A stretch of 28,068 bases of DNA from the IMG/VR virus record IMGVR_UViG_2663762948_000001, positions 1 through 28,068 of that record. One strand, given 5' to 3'. Both the position numbers and the translations under genes were made by a program. The stretch comes from a virus (lineage: Duplodnaviria > Heunggongvirae > Uroviricota > Caudoviricetes). Position 1 is the stretch's first letter. The number at the start of each line of letters is the position of its first letter. The notes under the pieces were generated by a model. It was not told where the DNA came from and did not search any database. It saw nothing but the letters and a program-made list of their open reading frames with translations. This document shows, in pieces, positions 17,797 through 26,232 of this stretch.

Positions 17797-18680
17797 GTCT
17801 TACCCCCAGAAGGGGATCTGTTCAAATTAGGAATTATAGATATGGTCGCTTGAACAAATCCGGGTTACGGTTGATTTGTAACGGGTTTGTTCGTGACCGC
17901 ATTCATGAGCAAATCAGGCGTGGATTGCTCCAACAATACATGCCGCTCATATCACGAAGCCCAGCCATTGATGCTGGGTTTTCTTTTTTAAAGCGCACTA
18001 GACAACCGTATCCACAGAGTGTCAGCAATGAGTTGGTTAGGTCTGGTTCTTGGTAGAAGTACGCTTTAAAAAATGGGCTGAGGGTTGTAGCCCAAAATAC
18101 TGAGGGAATGGTAAGGATGAACAACGGTTTTGCTCTGGGTGGATTTGGCTGTGGTGGCCGGCGCTGATCTCCGGCTTGTATACAGGCACCTTGTTCTTCC
18201 GAAGCTCTCCTGCGCGCATCAGCCTGCGCATTCACCACACCGGAAAGAGCACTTGCGGAGTCGAACCGCCTTGGCTTCTAGAACTTTCGCATATAGCTAA
18301 TCGCTAGTCTCCGTCACCAGTAATGCTCTTTCCGTTGTGTGCCCATTATTAATCACACCGGGCCAGTGCGCCAGATTCGTTGATGAGGAACTGGAATACC
18401 TCACTGGTGTTTAGCGGTTAAGCTACGGCCAGATACATTTCTTCGTTTGCATTTATCTTTGTGATCAGTTTCTAAAAAACCGCAAAGTCGCTTACGAAAA
18501 CCATCGGAAAGAACACATCTGTCTGCCGGGTCTCTGAATGTTCTTCCAATCCAGCCCTATCAGTGCGTCGATATGCTCTTACCTGATAGCCTTCAATCTG
18601 GCTCAGGACTCTCGCGTATGAGTGTCAACGTGTCGTGCAGCACGCATTAACTCGAAAGTCATGACCGGATTGCAGAAATG

Positions 18681-18708
18681 AAAAAGCCCCGAGCTATTAA
18701 CTCAGGGC
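18681..18708 (-). terminator. Intrinsic terminator of the short pR' transcript (tR'-equivalent)
   Basis: Minus-strand RNA has an 8-bp stem GCCCUGAG/CUCGGGGC with loop UUAAUAG, followed by UUUUUC. Confidence 0.5.
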
Positions 18709-18744
18709 TTTATTTAACGAGTGCATTTATCCATCGTTGAGTCA

Positions 18745-18773
18745 AATTTACCCAATTTTATTCAATAAGTCAA
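18745..18773 (-). promoter_or_regulatory. Late promoter pR' with adjacent qut-like region
   Basis: Minus strand reads TTGACT (18773..18768), a 17-nt spacer, then TAAATT (18750..18745), followed by TTTGACTCAACGATGG; this matches the lambda pR' region as I recall it. Confidence 0.6.
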
Positions 18774-18815
18774 TATCATGCCGTTAATATGTTGCCATCC
18801 GTGGCAATCATGCTG

Positions 18816-19439
18816 CTAACGTGTGACCGCATTCAAAATGTTGTCTGCGATTGACTCTTCCTTGTGGCATTGCACCACCAGAGCGTCATACAGCGGCTTA
18901 ACAGTGCGTGACCAGGTGGGTTGAGTAAGGTTTGGGATTAGCATCGTTACAGCGCGATATGCGGCGCTTGCTGGCATTCTTGAATAGCCGACACCTTTGC
19001 ATCTTCCGCACTCTTTCTCAACAACTCTCCCCAACTGCTCTGTTTTTGATATATCAACCGCACGGCCTGTACCGTGGCAATCTCTGCATCTTGCGCCCGG
19101 CGTCGCGGCACTACGGCAATAATCCGCATAAGCGAATGTTGCGAGCACTTGCAGTACCTTTGCCTTAGTATTTCCTTCGAGCTTTGCCACACCACGGTAT
19201 TTCCCCGATACCTTGTGTGCAAATTGCATCAGATAGTTGATAGCCTTTTGTTTGTCGTTCTGGCTGAGTTCGTGCTTACCACAGAATGCAGCCATTCCGA
19301 ATCCGGCTTGTGATTGCGCCATCCCCATAGCAGCCATCACATCAGTACCGGAAAGAGAGTCAGAAGCCGTGGCCCGTGGTGAGTCGCTCATCATCGGGCT
19401 TTTTGGCGAATGAAATTTAGCTACGCTTTCGAGTCTCAT
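18816..19439 (-). CDS. Q: Late antiterminator Q
   Basis: 207 aa starting MRLESVAKFHSPKSPMMSDSPRATASD with a Cys-rich zinc-binding region; appears near-identical to lambda Q from memory. Confidence 0.85.
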   Translation of the reverse strand: MRLESVAKFHSPKSPMMSDSPRATASDSLSGTDVMAAMGMAQSQAGFGMAAFCGKHELSQNDKQKAINYLMQFAHKVSGKYRGVAKLEGNTKAKVLQVLATFAYADYCRSAATPGARCRDCHGTGRAVDISKTEQLGRVVEKECGRCKGVGYSRMPASAAYRAVTMLIPNLTQPTWSRTVKPLYDALVVQCHKEESIADNILNAVTR

Positions 19440-19624
19440 CGTCTTCCCCTCTTGCCCTGTTTGACCATCAGGACGCCGTTAACTATTACATGACGCTCAC
19501 CTTTGCTGTCTCGGTTGTACTTGAGCACTGTTCCTCTTGCGCAGGAAAGCATCCTCGCCACTTCGGTCTTATTGCCTCGTGTCTGGATAAGAAGCTCTGG
19601 TATCGTTTGAATTGTGGCGTTCAT
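19436..19624 (-). CDS. ninH: NinH-like protein
   Basis: 62 aa immediately upstream of Q; ...QTIPELLIQTRGNKTEVARMLSC... resembles lambda NinH. Confidence 0.55.
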   Translation of the reverse strand: MNATIQTIPELLIQTRGNKTEVARMLSCARGTVLKYNRDSKGERHVIVNGVLMVKQGKRGRR

Positions 19625-19983
19625 ACGTTCTCCAGTTCGGTGATTTTTATTCCAAGCCTTCCGCCTGGTACTTTCACGCCACGAATTACGCGAATGTCAT
19701 CGAATTGCTCGTCGTCTTCCGCAAATCCGGCGTGGATAAGGGAGTCGAGTAAACCCTTCAGGATGTTATCGAGGTCGCGGCGGCGGGAGTCTGGAACGTC
19801 TGCGATGACTTTGATGCGGAGTCTTGATTTGGTGAAAATGTCTAACTTGAGTTGGCGGATGATTTGCTGAACGTCTTTTCGGTATTTCTGGCCTTTATCG
19901 CTGATGTAGTATTGGCTTCCCCGTCTTCGCCAGTAGGTGTTCAGCGACGGTGGGTATGGAAGTACAAACTGATATTCGTTCAT
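19621..19983 (-). CDS. rusA: Holliday junction resolvase RusA
   Basis: 120 aa starting MNEYQFVLPYPPSLNTYWRR, typical RusA N-terminus; nin-region position. Confidence 0.8.
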   Translation of the reverse strand: MNEYQFVLPYPPSLNTYWRRRGSQYYISDKGQKYRKDVQQIIRQLKLDIFTKSRLRIKVIADVPDSRRRDLDNILKGLLDSLIHAGFAEDDEQFDDIRVIRGVKVPGGRLGIKITELENV

Positions 19984-20270
19984 GGCTTAATCTTCCCCTC
20001 CTTCAGCAGTATCGCCTGCGTCCTGATCACGCCTTCGAGGTGGTAAAGTCTGGCGTCTTTGTTGTCGAGATTATGGGTGCGTCGGTCGATTTCATCGTGA
20101 CACGCGCTACAAGCCCATGCGCCGATCAGGTCGTCAGGCTTCATTCCAGTTCCGCAAATTCCAGCCATCCTGTAATGTGCCAGAACTGTAGTTTCAGGAT
20201 TGCCATTGCATACGCCGTAAATACGTACCTGACATTCTCTTCCGCGTGCTTCTTTGCGTAGGTTAGCCAT
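19980..20270 (-). CDS. YbcO-like DUF1364 protein (putative nuclease)
   Basis: 96 aa with RGRECQVR...CSACHDEIDRR; resembles E. coli DLP12 YbcO from memory. Confidence 0.6.
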   Translation of the reverse strand: MANLRKEARGRECQVRIYGVCNGNPETTVLAHYRMAGICGTGMKPDDLIGAWACSACHDEIDRRTHNLDNKDARLYHLEGVIRTQAILLKEGKIKP

Positions 20271-20539
20271 TATGGTTCGCTCCAGTAATTCTCAATTGCA
20301 GCAGCCATTCTCTGCATCCACTCTGCCAGCTTTAACGCGGCTTCTCTTTCAGAACCACATTTAGGGAAATCCTTCATTTCCATGCTGGCCTTATATGTTC
20401 TGAATGCCAGGTCTCCGGTAATAACCAGATCCTGATCAAGCACAGAGCGTTTATTCCGGTGCTGAACGTAATAGACAGATTCAGTCCGCATTTCTTCTCT
20501 GTCTTTTTTGAAGGAAATAAGCTCAGAGAAATCACTCAT
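20270..20539 (-). CDS. Hypothetical nin-region protein
   Basis: 89 aa, translationally coupled on both sides. Confidence 0.45.
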   Translation of the reverse strand: MSDFSELISFKKDREEMRTESVYYVQHRNKRSVLDQDLVITGDLAFRTYKASMEMKDFPKCGSEREAALKLAEWMQRMAAAIENYWSEP

Positions 20540-20708
20540 CGTCTTCTTCCTCGTACATTGAGCTATTCGGATCGCTCATCAGTTCTGCGCAGCAGTGCTC
20601 ACACACGTGAACTTCCAGCACATGCAGCTTCTGACCGCAGTTAGCGCACGTTAAAGCCCGCTCGACGCTTTCTTTCTGGTATTGAATGGATTGGGATGGG
20701 CTAAGCAT
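20532..20708 (-). CDS. ninF: NinF-like small Cys-rich protein (not in the ORF track; under 60 aa)
   Basis: My manual translation from ATG 20708..20706 gives MLSPSQSIQYQKESVERALTCANCGQKLHVLEVHVCEHCCAELMSDPNSSMYEEEDDE; it overlaps both neighbours by start/stop coupling. Confidence 0.5.
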   Translation of the reverse strand: MLSPSQSIQYQKESVERALTCANCGQKLHVLEVHVCEHCCAELMSDPNSSMYEEEDDE

Positions 20709-21067
20709 TATTGGATTCTCTGCATCATGAGAAAGACAATCATGGCGGCGCGGAGGGGATTTTCATGTATAGCTCGCTTAGATTTACAGTAGGCCACACC
20801 GCGTGCACCCCACTCGTCTTCATCGAGATTGATAATGCTAATCCTGTATTTTTCAATAATCGGCCATGCGTCTGCTGGGTTTGCGCATGGGTTAAAGGAA
20901 CCGCGCTCAACTTCTACTTCAACTGCGTCTCCGTTTACAATGTCTCCCTCAAATGAGACAAACACCATATCGCCATTCTCACCTTCTTTGTAATCCGGTG
21001 ATCCGTTATGAATGGCTTCAAATACCGCCACGTTAATTTCAAAATCACTTAACTGTGAATAATCCAT
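20708..21067 (-). CDS. Hypothetical nin-region protein
   Basis: The ORF track start at 21109 is GTG; a GAGGAA RBS favours ATG 21067 (MDYSQLSDFE...). Acidic protein with no recognised motif. Confidence 0.45.
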   Translation of the reverse strand: MDYSQLSDFEINVAVFEAIHNGSPDYKEGENGDMVFVSFEGDIVNGDAVEVEVERGSFNPCANPADAWPIIEKYRISIINLDEDEWGARGVAYCKSKRAIHENPLRAAMIVFLMMQRIQ

Positions 21068-21242
21068 TGTCATTTCCTCGCACGATGTCTTAGCCACCGG
21101 ATATCCCACAGGTGAGCCGTGTAGTTGAAGGTTTTTACGTCAGATTCTTTTGGGATTGGCTTGCGTTTATTTCTGGAGCGTTTCGTTGGAAGGTATTTGC
21201 AGTTTTCTCAGATGATGTCGGTGAAACTTCGTCGCTGTCGTC

Positions 21243-21653
21243 TCATTCATACCTCCTGTCGGTAAATCTGACACCCTGACCAATAGCCCAGGCTGTCGTG
21301 TACTCAATCAGACTTGCCATACGCTTCACGCTCATCTGCGCGCTGCTTTCGCGAATGTTGACGAATTCGCCTTCAAGGCCGCGCAAAACATCAGCTTCCT
21401 GTTTTGTTGCCACTGCATGACCGCTGATCAACAAAACCTTCCATTGTTCTGGTTTTAACCATTTATCGCGCCACTGAACTTGCCTAGCGATATCTGCGAT
21501 CATCGCGTGAAATTTTGCGTTCTGGTCAAGGTTGCGCTTGTAGTCAGTAATGCGGATGGTGACTGGCTTGTCTTTATCGAGTGGTGTTGCGAGGATGGCA
21601 TTTATTGCGGCTTGCTGTTGTTGCTTAGTTCGGAGGAAGATTGTTTGCTTCAC
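21243..21653 (-). CDS. ninB: Recombination protein NinB
   Basis: 136 aa with ...RNLDQNAKFHAMIADIARQVQW... resembling lambda NinB; GTG start with AAGGAG RBS. Confidence 0.7.
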   Translation of the reverse strand: MKQTIFLRTKQQQQAAINAILATPLDKDKPVTIRITDYKRNLDQNAKFHAMIADIARQVQWRDKWLKPEQWKVLLISGHAVATKQEADVLRGLEGEFVNIRESSAQMSVKRMASLIEYTTAWAIGQGVRFTDRRYE

Positions 21654-21664
21654 TGAATACTCCT

Positions 21665-21850
21665 TTATTTTTTATGCCTGTAACCCCATTCTTCCAGCAA
21701 CCTTGCGGCGTACCACCCAAGAAACAAAGGAAAGAACATTACAATGAGATATTCCCCGCCACGGTCAATGTTCGAAATTGACCAGATTACGATGTAACCA
21801 GTGCAGGACAGGAATATTACAAACCCCAAAAAGCTACTTCGTCGACTCAT
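21665..21850 (-). CDS. Small 2-TM membrane protein
   Basis: ATG 21850; 61 aa with two hydrophobic helices; 2 nt after the stop of the upstream acidic ORF. Confidence 0.4.
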   Translation of the reverse strand: MSRRSSFLGFVIFLSCTGYIVIWSISNIDRGGEYLIVMFFPLFLGWYAARLLEEWGYRHKK

Positions 21851-21852
21851 GC

Positions 21853-22137
21853 TCACTCCTTCACTTTGATTCCAGCGGCGCGGATGGATTCATCGATATC
21901 GTCACGGTCGTACACAGCAATAGCATCACTGACAAACCATACAGGCAACTCAATTTCAATAGCTGCTCGCGATGCCTGCCACGTTTGCCAGTGGCCTTGA
22001 ACATCGTCCATCACGTATTGACCACCAATATCACCACTGCCAATTTCATGGTGATTTTCAGGGTAACGGATAAGGTCTGATGATTCGCCTCCACGTCGCA
22101 ACCAACTTTCTTCAAACTGCTTTCTTGATTCGTCCAT
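21853..22137 (-). CDS. Hypothetical acidic protein
   Basis: 94 aa, Asp/Glu-rich, between two small membrane ORFs. Confidence 0.4.
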   Translation of the reverse strand: MDESRKQFEESWLRRGGESSDLIRYPENHHEIGSGDIGGQYVMDDVQGHWQTWQASRAAIEIELPVWFVSDAIAVYDRDDIDESIRAAGIKVKE

Positions 22138-22154
22138 CGATACTTACCCTCAGT

Positions 22155-22361
22155 TCAACTCACAAAACGCCACGCCATTTTTGCTACGACAACAGGCATA
22201 ACACCGATAATCACCCAGACAAATGCAGCGCCAAACAACGTATACCATGGGTCTTTACCGTCATTCACAAGACGAATGTAGCTATGCAGAACAATAAAAA
22301 ACGTCAGAAGAATCCATCCAACGCCAACGCATTTGAATGCGACGAGCATAAACTCAGCCAC
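22155..22361 (-). CDS. Small 2-TM membrane protein
   Basis: 64 to 68 aa (GTG 22361 or ATG 22349); two hydrophobic helices; first gene after the tR2-like terminator. Confidence 0.4.
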   Translation of the reverse strand: MAEFMLVAFKCVGVGWILLTFFIVLHSYIRLVNDGKDPWYTLFGAAFVWVIIGVMPVVVAKMAWRFVS

Positions 22362-22376
22362 GATTTACTCTCCCCC

Positions 22377-22408
22377 AAATAAAAAGGCCTGCGATTACCA
22401 GCAGGCCT
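22377..22408 (-). terminator. Intrinsic terminator after the helicase gene (tR2-equivalent)
   Basis: Minus-strand RNA has stem AGGCCUGC/GCAGGCCU with an 8-nt loop, followed by UUUUUAUUU; resembles lambda tR2 from memory. Confidence 0.55.
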
Positions 22409-22433
22409 GTTATTAGCTCAGTGATGTAGATGG

Positions 22434-23810
22434 TCATACGTCAGCCCCTTGTGCATATCGTCTGCCACGCGCAGCAGGTGCATTTGATGTTGTGCAAATC
22501 TGTCTGGCTTCATCCTGGTCACATGCAACAAAGTGTCCGTTGCAGAACCGCTGGTAAACCGTACCAAGCGAGCCAAAACGGTTTTTCGTCACAATGATTT
22601 CAGCAAATGGCGCGGCGCTACTGTTCTCGTCATATACCGCTTCCCGATAGAGCATGATGATTGAGTCTGCGTCCTGTTCAATGCTTCCTGAATCACGCAA
22701 ATCTGCGTTTGTCGGGCGTTTGTTTGGTCGCTTCTCAACATCGCGCGAAAGCTGACTCAGGGAGATAACGGGCGTTTTCAGGTCTTTCGCCATCGCCTTC
22801 AGGCTTCCGGAGATGTGAGCAATTGCGAGGTCGTTGCGGTCTGCTTTCGGCTTCTCAATCAGGCCAAGATAATCCACCATGATGAGTGAGAGGTTTGGAT
22901 TTTCCTGTTTGTGCCGTTCTGCGATTGAGCGTATTTCTTCGACCGATAACCGCGAGGCATCGACTACCCATACATCCAAATCTGCAAGCTGACTCATGCC
23001 GTTAGCAACGCGCGCCCAGCCTTCGTCATCCATCGCTGCAGGATTTCGCAGCACACTAACCGACATCCTCCCGGCGTTGGCAATGCTTCGCTCTGCAATC
23101 TGCAATGCGCTCATTTCCATTGAGAAAATCAATACCCCGCGCCGGACGTCAGAACCAGGAATAACGCGGCTTGCAACGCCTTCGGCAATCTTCAGCGCCA
23201 GTTCGGTTTTCCCCATACCAGGACGAGCAGCGATTATCACCAGGTCTTCCGCGTTCATCCCTCCGGTGATGGCATCAAGTTCTTCGATTCCGGTCTTCAG
23301 GGTATCTGACTCTTCTCCGTTCCTCAGACGCCTGTCAAGCGTGTCAGTGTAGTCAGTGATGATTTCCCCTAACCGTACAGGTTTAACCTCGTCACGGGGC
23401 TTTCTGATGGCTGAAAGACGCTTTACAAGCTCATCCATCGCCTGACTCGATGCGTCGATGGTTCCGCTCTGAATTGGTTCACGCATTTCATCCATGATTT
23501 CCAGCACCAGACGGCGGTGATAGTTATCCGCGACCATTCCGGCATATCCCTTCAGGTTTGCGGCACTCGGGCAGTTTTTGCTGGTCATCAGGATTGACGT
23601 GAAATGCTCCTCTCCGCACGCCTCGGCAACCATCAGCGCATCGATTAGGTTTCTGTTTCTCGCCTGCTTGCGGATAACCTCGAAGGCTTTCCGGTAGAGC
23701 GGAATTGAAAACGCTTCCGGCTCCAGCGTTGCCAGAACGTCGCTGGCGGTTGGTGTTAATCCACCAATCAGCAGGCCACCGATAACGCTCGCTTCGATAT
23801 CCTGTCTCAT
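22434..23810 (-). CDS. Replicative DNA helicase (DnaB family)
   Basis: 458 aa with Walker A ARPGMGKT and DnaB-like C-terminal motifs; ATGA overlap with O. Confidence 0.9.
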   Translation of the reverse strand: MRQDIEASVIGGLLIGGLTPTASDVLATLEPEAFSIPLYRKAFEVIRKQARNRNLIDALMVAEACGEEHFTSILMTSKNCPSAANLKGYAGMVADNYHRRLVLEIMDEMREPIQSGTIDASSQAMDELVKRLSAIRKPRDEVKPVRLGEIITDYTDTLDRRLRNGEESDTLKTGIEELDAITGGMNAEDLVIIAARPGMGKTELALKIAEGVASRVIPGSDVRRGVLIFSMEMSALQIAERSIANAGRMSVSVLRNPAAMDDEGWARVANGMSQLADLDVWVVDASRLSVEEIRSIAERHKQENPNLSLIMVDYLGLIEKPKADRNDLAIAHISGSLKAMAKDLKTPVISLSQLSRDVEKRPNKRPTNADLRDSGSIEQDADSIIMLYREAVYDENSSAAPFAEIIVTKNRFGSLGTVYQRFCNGHFVACDQDEARQICTTSNAPAARGRRYAQGADV

Positions 23811-24628
23811 GCAATCCCCCTGTCTGCAAACTTCCCTTCCCGTACTCCCGTTAACGAATCTTCCCTCAGCAGGTAATCAAAATCAGCTGTCCAGCCCGTG
23901 TCGTTGTCTCCGAAGTAAAACGGCTTGGCCTGATGCACAAACGCCCTGACATACGCTCTGAAACCGTCCACGTTTGGCGTTTTCAGTTGCGGGATGATTT
24001 TCTTCAGGCGGCGTTTGCGTTTCTCGTTGACCGCAACAGCGTGTGGCAGTCTGTCACCGACTTCGGTGTTGTAGGCGTTCAGGAAGGATTCGTAGTCGAT
24101 TCGTTCTGCCTTGCGACGTTCAGGTTTAACCTGCCCATCGCCGCCCCCGTTAGGGGGTAAGGGGGTATTTGTATTTATTGTCTTTTGTATATTGTCTTTT
24201 GTGTTTAGCTGACTTGGCTTATACCCATTAGCCGACTTGGCTAATGTTTTATTAGCTGTTTTAGCTAATGTTAAGCTGTCCTGGCTAATCCACTGCGAAA
24301 CCACCTTGTTCACTCCGATTTTCACGCCATCAGCAATGAGGAATTTACGCTCGATAAGCTGGCGCTTGGCAGCGCAAACATGAGTGTGATGAATACCTGT
24401 CATGGCTGCTATCTGCGTGTTTGTGAGTCGATCCATCGGCTTATTGAATCCGTATGTCTTGCGCATGATAGCGAGCATCACCTTCAACTGCCGGACGGTT
24501 AAATCAGCCATCAGCAGACTGTCGGTAATCTCGTTAGCAACGCGCATGAAACCATCTTCGGTATCTGCCACGCGATGCTCCACGACCTCAAGTTGAGGCC
24601 TGTAATCAGCTAACTTAACGACGCCCAT
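23807..24628 (-). CDS. O: Replication initiation protein O
   Basis: 273 aa; N-terminal ...[28 protein letters not shown]... resembles the lambda O N-terminus; contains the ori iterons. Confidence 0.8.
   Translation of the reverse strand: MGVVKLADYRPQLEVVEHRVADTEDGFMRVANEITDSLLMADLTVRQLKVMLAIMRKTYGFNKPMDRLTNTQIAAMTGIHHTHVCAAKRQLIERKFLIADGVKIGVNKVVSQWISQDSLTLAKTANKTLAKSANGYKPSQLNTKDNIQKTINTNTPLPPNGGGDGQVKPERRKAERIDYESFLNAYNTEVGDRLPHAVAVNEKRKRRLKKIIPQLKTPNVDGFRAYVRAFVHQAKPFYFGDNDTGWTADFDYLLREDSLTGVREGKFADRGIA
24165..24290. repeat. Replication origin: four about 18-bp iterons plus an AT-rich tract inside O
   Basis: Iterons TTAGCTGACTTGGCTTAT (24205..24222), TTAGCCGACTTGGCTAAT (24228..24245), TTAGCTGTTTTAGCTAAT (24252..24269) and TAAGCTGTCCTGGCTAAT (24272..24289), each partly palindromic; adjacent AT-rich tract 24167..24204 with repeated TTGTCTTTTGT. 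Confidence 0.6.
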
Positions 24629-24810
24629 GTTTCACTCCTGCTTTGGCTAGTCTGTAAACACCAACAAGGCGCTCTGCGAACGCCCTGTTATTTGCTGCGG
24701 CTACCACTAATCCCTCAGGTGAATCAGGGTGTCGAATCTCTTCTTTTTCCTGGTATTTCTTACGACGTTTTGTCATAATTACTCCTGTGGATTGATCCAG
24801 TCTTTCTACA

Positions 24811-25089
24811 TCAGGCCTCGAAGAATTCGCCGTTCTTCGGGGCTTTTTCTTTTGTCAGCATTCTGGCTACTTTCTTAGCCAGTTCCGCCAACTCCTCGTC
24901 TTCAACACCCCATTCAAGAACAGCAAGAAGCATTCCCATTTTGGGGATGAAGCTGTCTTTCCATCGCGAAATTTGCGATTCATTAATCCCTAACGCGTCG
25001 GCAACCTTTCGCTGACCACGTACAGCAATTCGATTCAGGATGTTGCTTGTAATTGCATTCGCTTTCTTGCGAGTACTTGTAAGTTGCAT
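24811..25089 (-). CDS. cII: Transcriptional activator cII
   Basis: 92 aa with ...ESQISRWKDSFIPKMGMLLAVLEWGVEDEEL..., closely resembling the lambda cII core; AAGGAAAT RBS. Confidence 0.8.
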   Translation of the reverse strand: MQLTSTRKKANAITSNILNRIAVRGQRKVADALGINESQISRWKDSFIPKMGMLLAVLEWGVEDEELAELAKKVARMLTKEKAPKNGEFFEA

Positions 25090-25122
25090 ATGTAAGTATT
25101 TCCTTAACTAATAAGAAGTTAT

Positions 25123-25140
25123 GCGCATCAACTTATGCGC
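25123..25140 (-). terminator. tR1-like hairpin between nutR and cII
   Basis: Minus-strand RNA GCGCAU-AAGUUG-AUGCGC followed by a moderately U-rich stretch. Confidence 0.35.
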
Positions 25141-25146
25141 GTTGTA

Positions 25147-25190
25147 TTCCCGCATTTCGGCGGGAATGAGGACCATGACTGTTAAAGAGC
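25147..25190 (-). promoter_or_regulatory. nutR (boxA plus boxB)
   Basis: Minus strand has boxA GCTCTTTAAC, a spacer, then boxB hairpin TCCCGCCGAAATGCGGGAA; the same boxA/boxB pair occurs at nutL. Confidence 0.6.
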
Positions 25191-25197
25191 GGTGTTA

Positions 25198-25392
25198 CTA
25201 TTTGTTTTTCTTGTTGCTTGGGAAAGGACGAACTTCCTCTCCAATCACACTGCCATCAGGCTTTACCGTAACCATAATGTTACGGCCTGCCAGAATGGCC
25301 TTGCTGATAGCGCACTGGATTACACCAAAGTCACTGGCTGCTTTAGCCTGTCCATGGATTTTGGCGTAATCGGCAAGTGTCATTCGAATCAT
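25198..25392 (-). CDS. cro: Cro repressor
   Basis: Start [15 protein letters not shown] at ATG 25392 (the ORF track start at 25398 is GTG); ...[17 protein letters not shown]...PFPSNKK resembles lambda Cro. Confidence 0.8.
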   Translation of the reverse strand: MIRMTLADYAKIHGQAKAASDFGVIQCAISKAILAGRNIMVTVKPDGSVIGEEVRPFPSNKKNK

Positions 25393-25421
25393 ATGCACTC
25401 TCCGTTATTAACCATGAACAA

Positions 25422-25488
25422 AGAATACTACAGGTATTCAAAGCAATCAATACTCAGGGTATTTTTAGTTTAAGTACCTTAGCTATTA
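25422..25488. promoter_or_regulatory. OR operator cluster with divergent pR and pRM
   Basis: 17-bp palindromes GAATAC-TACAG-GTATTC (25423..25439) and CAATAC-TCAGG-GTATTT (25448..25464), plus a degenerate third site (25472..25488). Minus-strand pR is TTGATT (25450..25445), 17 nt, TATTCT (25427..25422). Plus-strand pRM -10 TAGAAT (25487..25492) sits 6 nt before the cI ATG, implying a leaderless cI mRNA. Confidence 0.55.
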
Positions 25489-25498
25489 GAATTAAGCT

Positions 25499-26215
25499 AT
25501 GGAAAATAAAAAATCACTGACGACAGAACAGCTCGAAGACGCTAAGCGGCTTAAGGCTTTGTATGAGTCAAAAAAGAAAGAATTGGGAATAACCCAATAC
25601 TCAATCGCTGATGAACTGGGTATCACCCAAGGAGCGGTAGGGCATTATCTTAATGGCAGAAACGCGCTAAACGTTGAGGTCGCATCTGGTTTTGCACGTT
25701 TGTTGCAAGTCTCAATTGCTGATTTTAGCCAGTCAATTGCTGCCAAGGTTGCAGAACAGGCAGAAAGCCTTAAGAGCGATGCCAACGTAAGGTATGCAGG
25801 GGAATACAGAGCAGGAAAGAGGTATCCGGTGTTAAGCAGTATCCAGGCTGGCTCGTGGTGTGAAGCATGCGAACCATACACCATTAAAGACATAGATGTT
25901 TGGCTTGAGTCTGACGCGCATATTCAAGGTAATGCGTTCTGGCTTAAAGTGGAAGGTGATTCAATGACGGCACCGGTTGGGTTAAGCATTCCAGAGGGAA
26001 CATTCGTTCTTTTCGATACCGGAAGGGAGGCGATCAACGGCAGCTTGGTCATAGCAAAACTTTCTGACTCTAACGAAGCAACATTCAAGAAGCTGATAAT
26101 CGACGGCGGAAATAAATACCTCAAGGGACTTAATCCTGCATGGCCTCTCGTGCCAATCAATGGAAACTGCAAGATTATAGGCGTTGCAATTGAGACAAAA
26201 CTAAGGCTGGTTTGA
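25499..26215 (+). CDS. cI: cI repressor (HTH plus LexA-like S24 autopeptidase domain)
   Basis: 238 aa; N-terminal ...LTTEQLEDAKRLKALYESKKKELGITQ... resembles lambda cI; C-terminal domain has the Ser/Lys dyad context (...GDSM...FKKL...). Confidence 0.85.
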   Translation: MENKKSLTTEQLEDAKRLKALYESKKKELGITQYSIADELGITQGAVGHYLNGRNALNVEVASGFARLLQVSIADFSQSIAAKVAEQAESLKSDANVRYAGEYRAGKRYPVLSSIQAGSWCEACEPYTIKDIDVWLESDAHIQGNAFWLKVEGDSMTAPVGLSIPEGTFVLFDTGREAINGSLVIAKLSDSNEATFKKLIIDGGNKYLKGLNPAWPLVPINGNCKIIGVAIETKLRLV

Positions 26216-26232
26216 TCACGCAAGGGGCGATT

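Noticed and set aside
17712-18238. ORFs in the Q-S leader (plus 17712..18056; minus 17903..18238 and 18037..18231)
   Set aside because: The first overlaps the S start antisense; the others are Pro/Arg-rich translations of leader DNA. Part of this region looks like lambda late leader, which is non-coding.
18236-18340. Possible tRNA gene in the Q-S region
   Set aside because: Only a T-arm-like motif and an acceptor-like inverted repeat are present; I could not fold D and anticodon arms and there is no CCA. Kept as a low-confidence finding rather than an rRNA/tRNA feature.
21248-21250. 27-codon ORF starting in the NinB stop region
   Set aside because: Very short, no RBS, likely chance.
24625-24776. 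50-codon minus-strand ORF between cII and O (MTKRRKKYQEKEE...)
   Set aside because: Highly basic, no recognisable motif, below the ORF-track threshold; lambda has nothing here. Insufficient evidence to call a gene.
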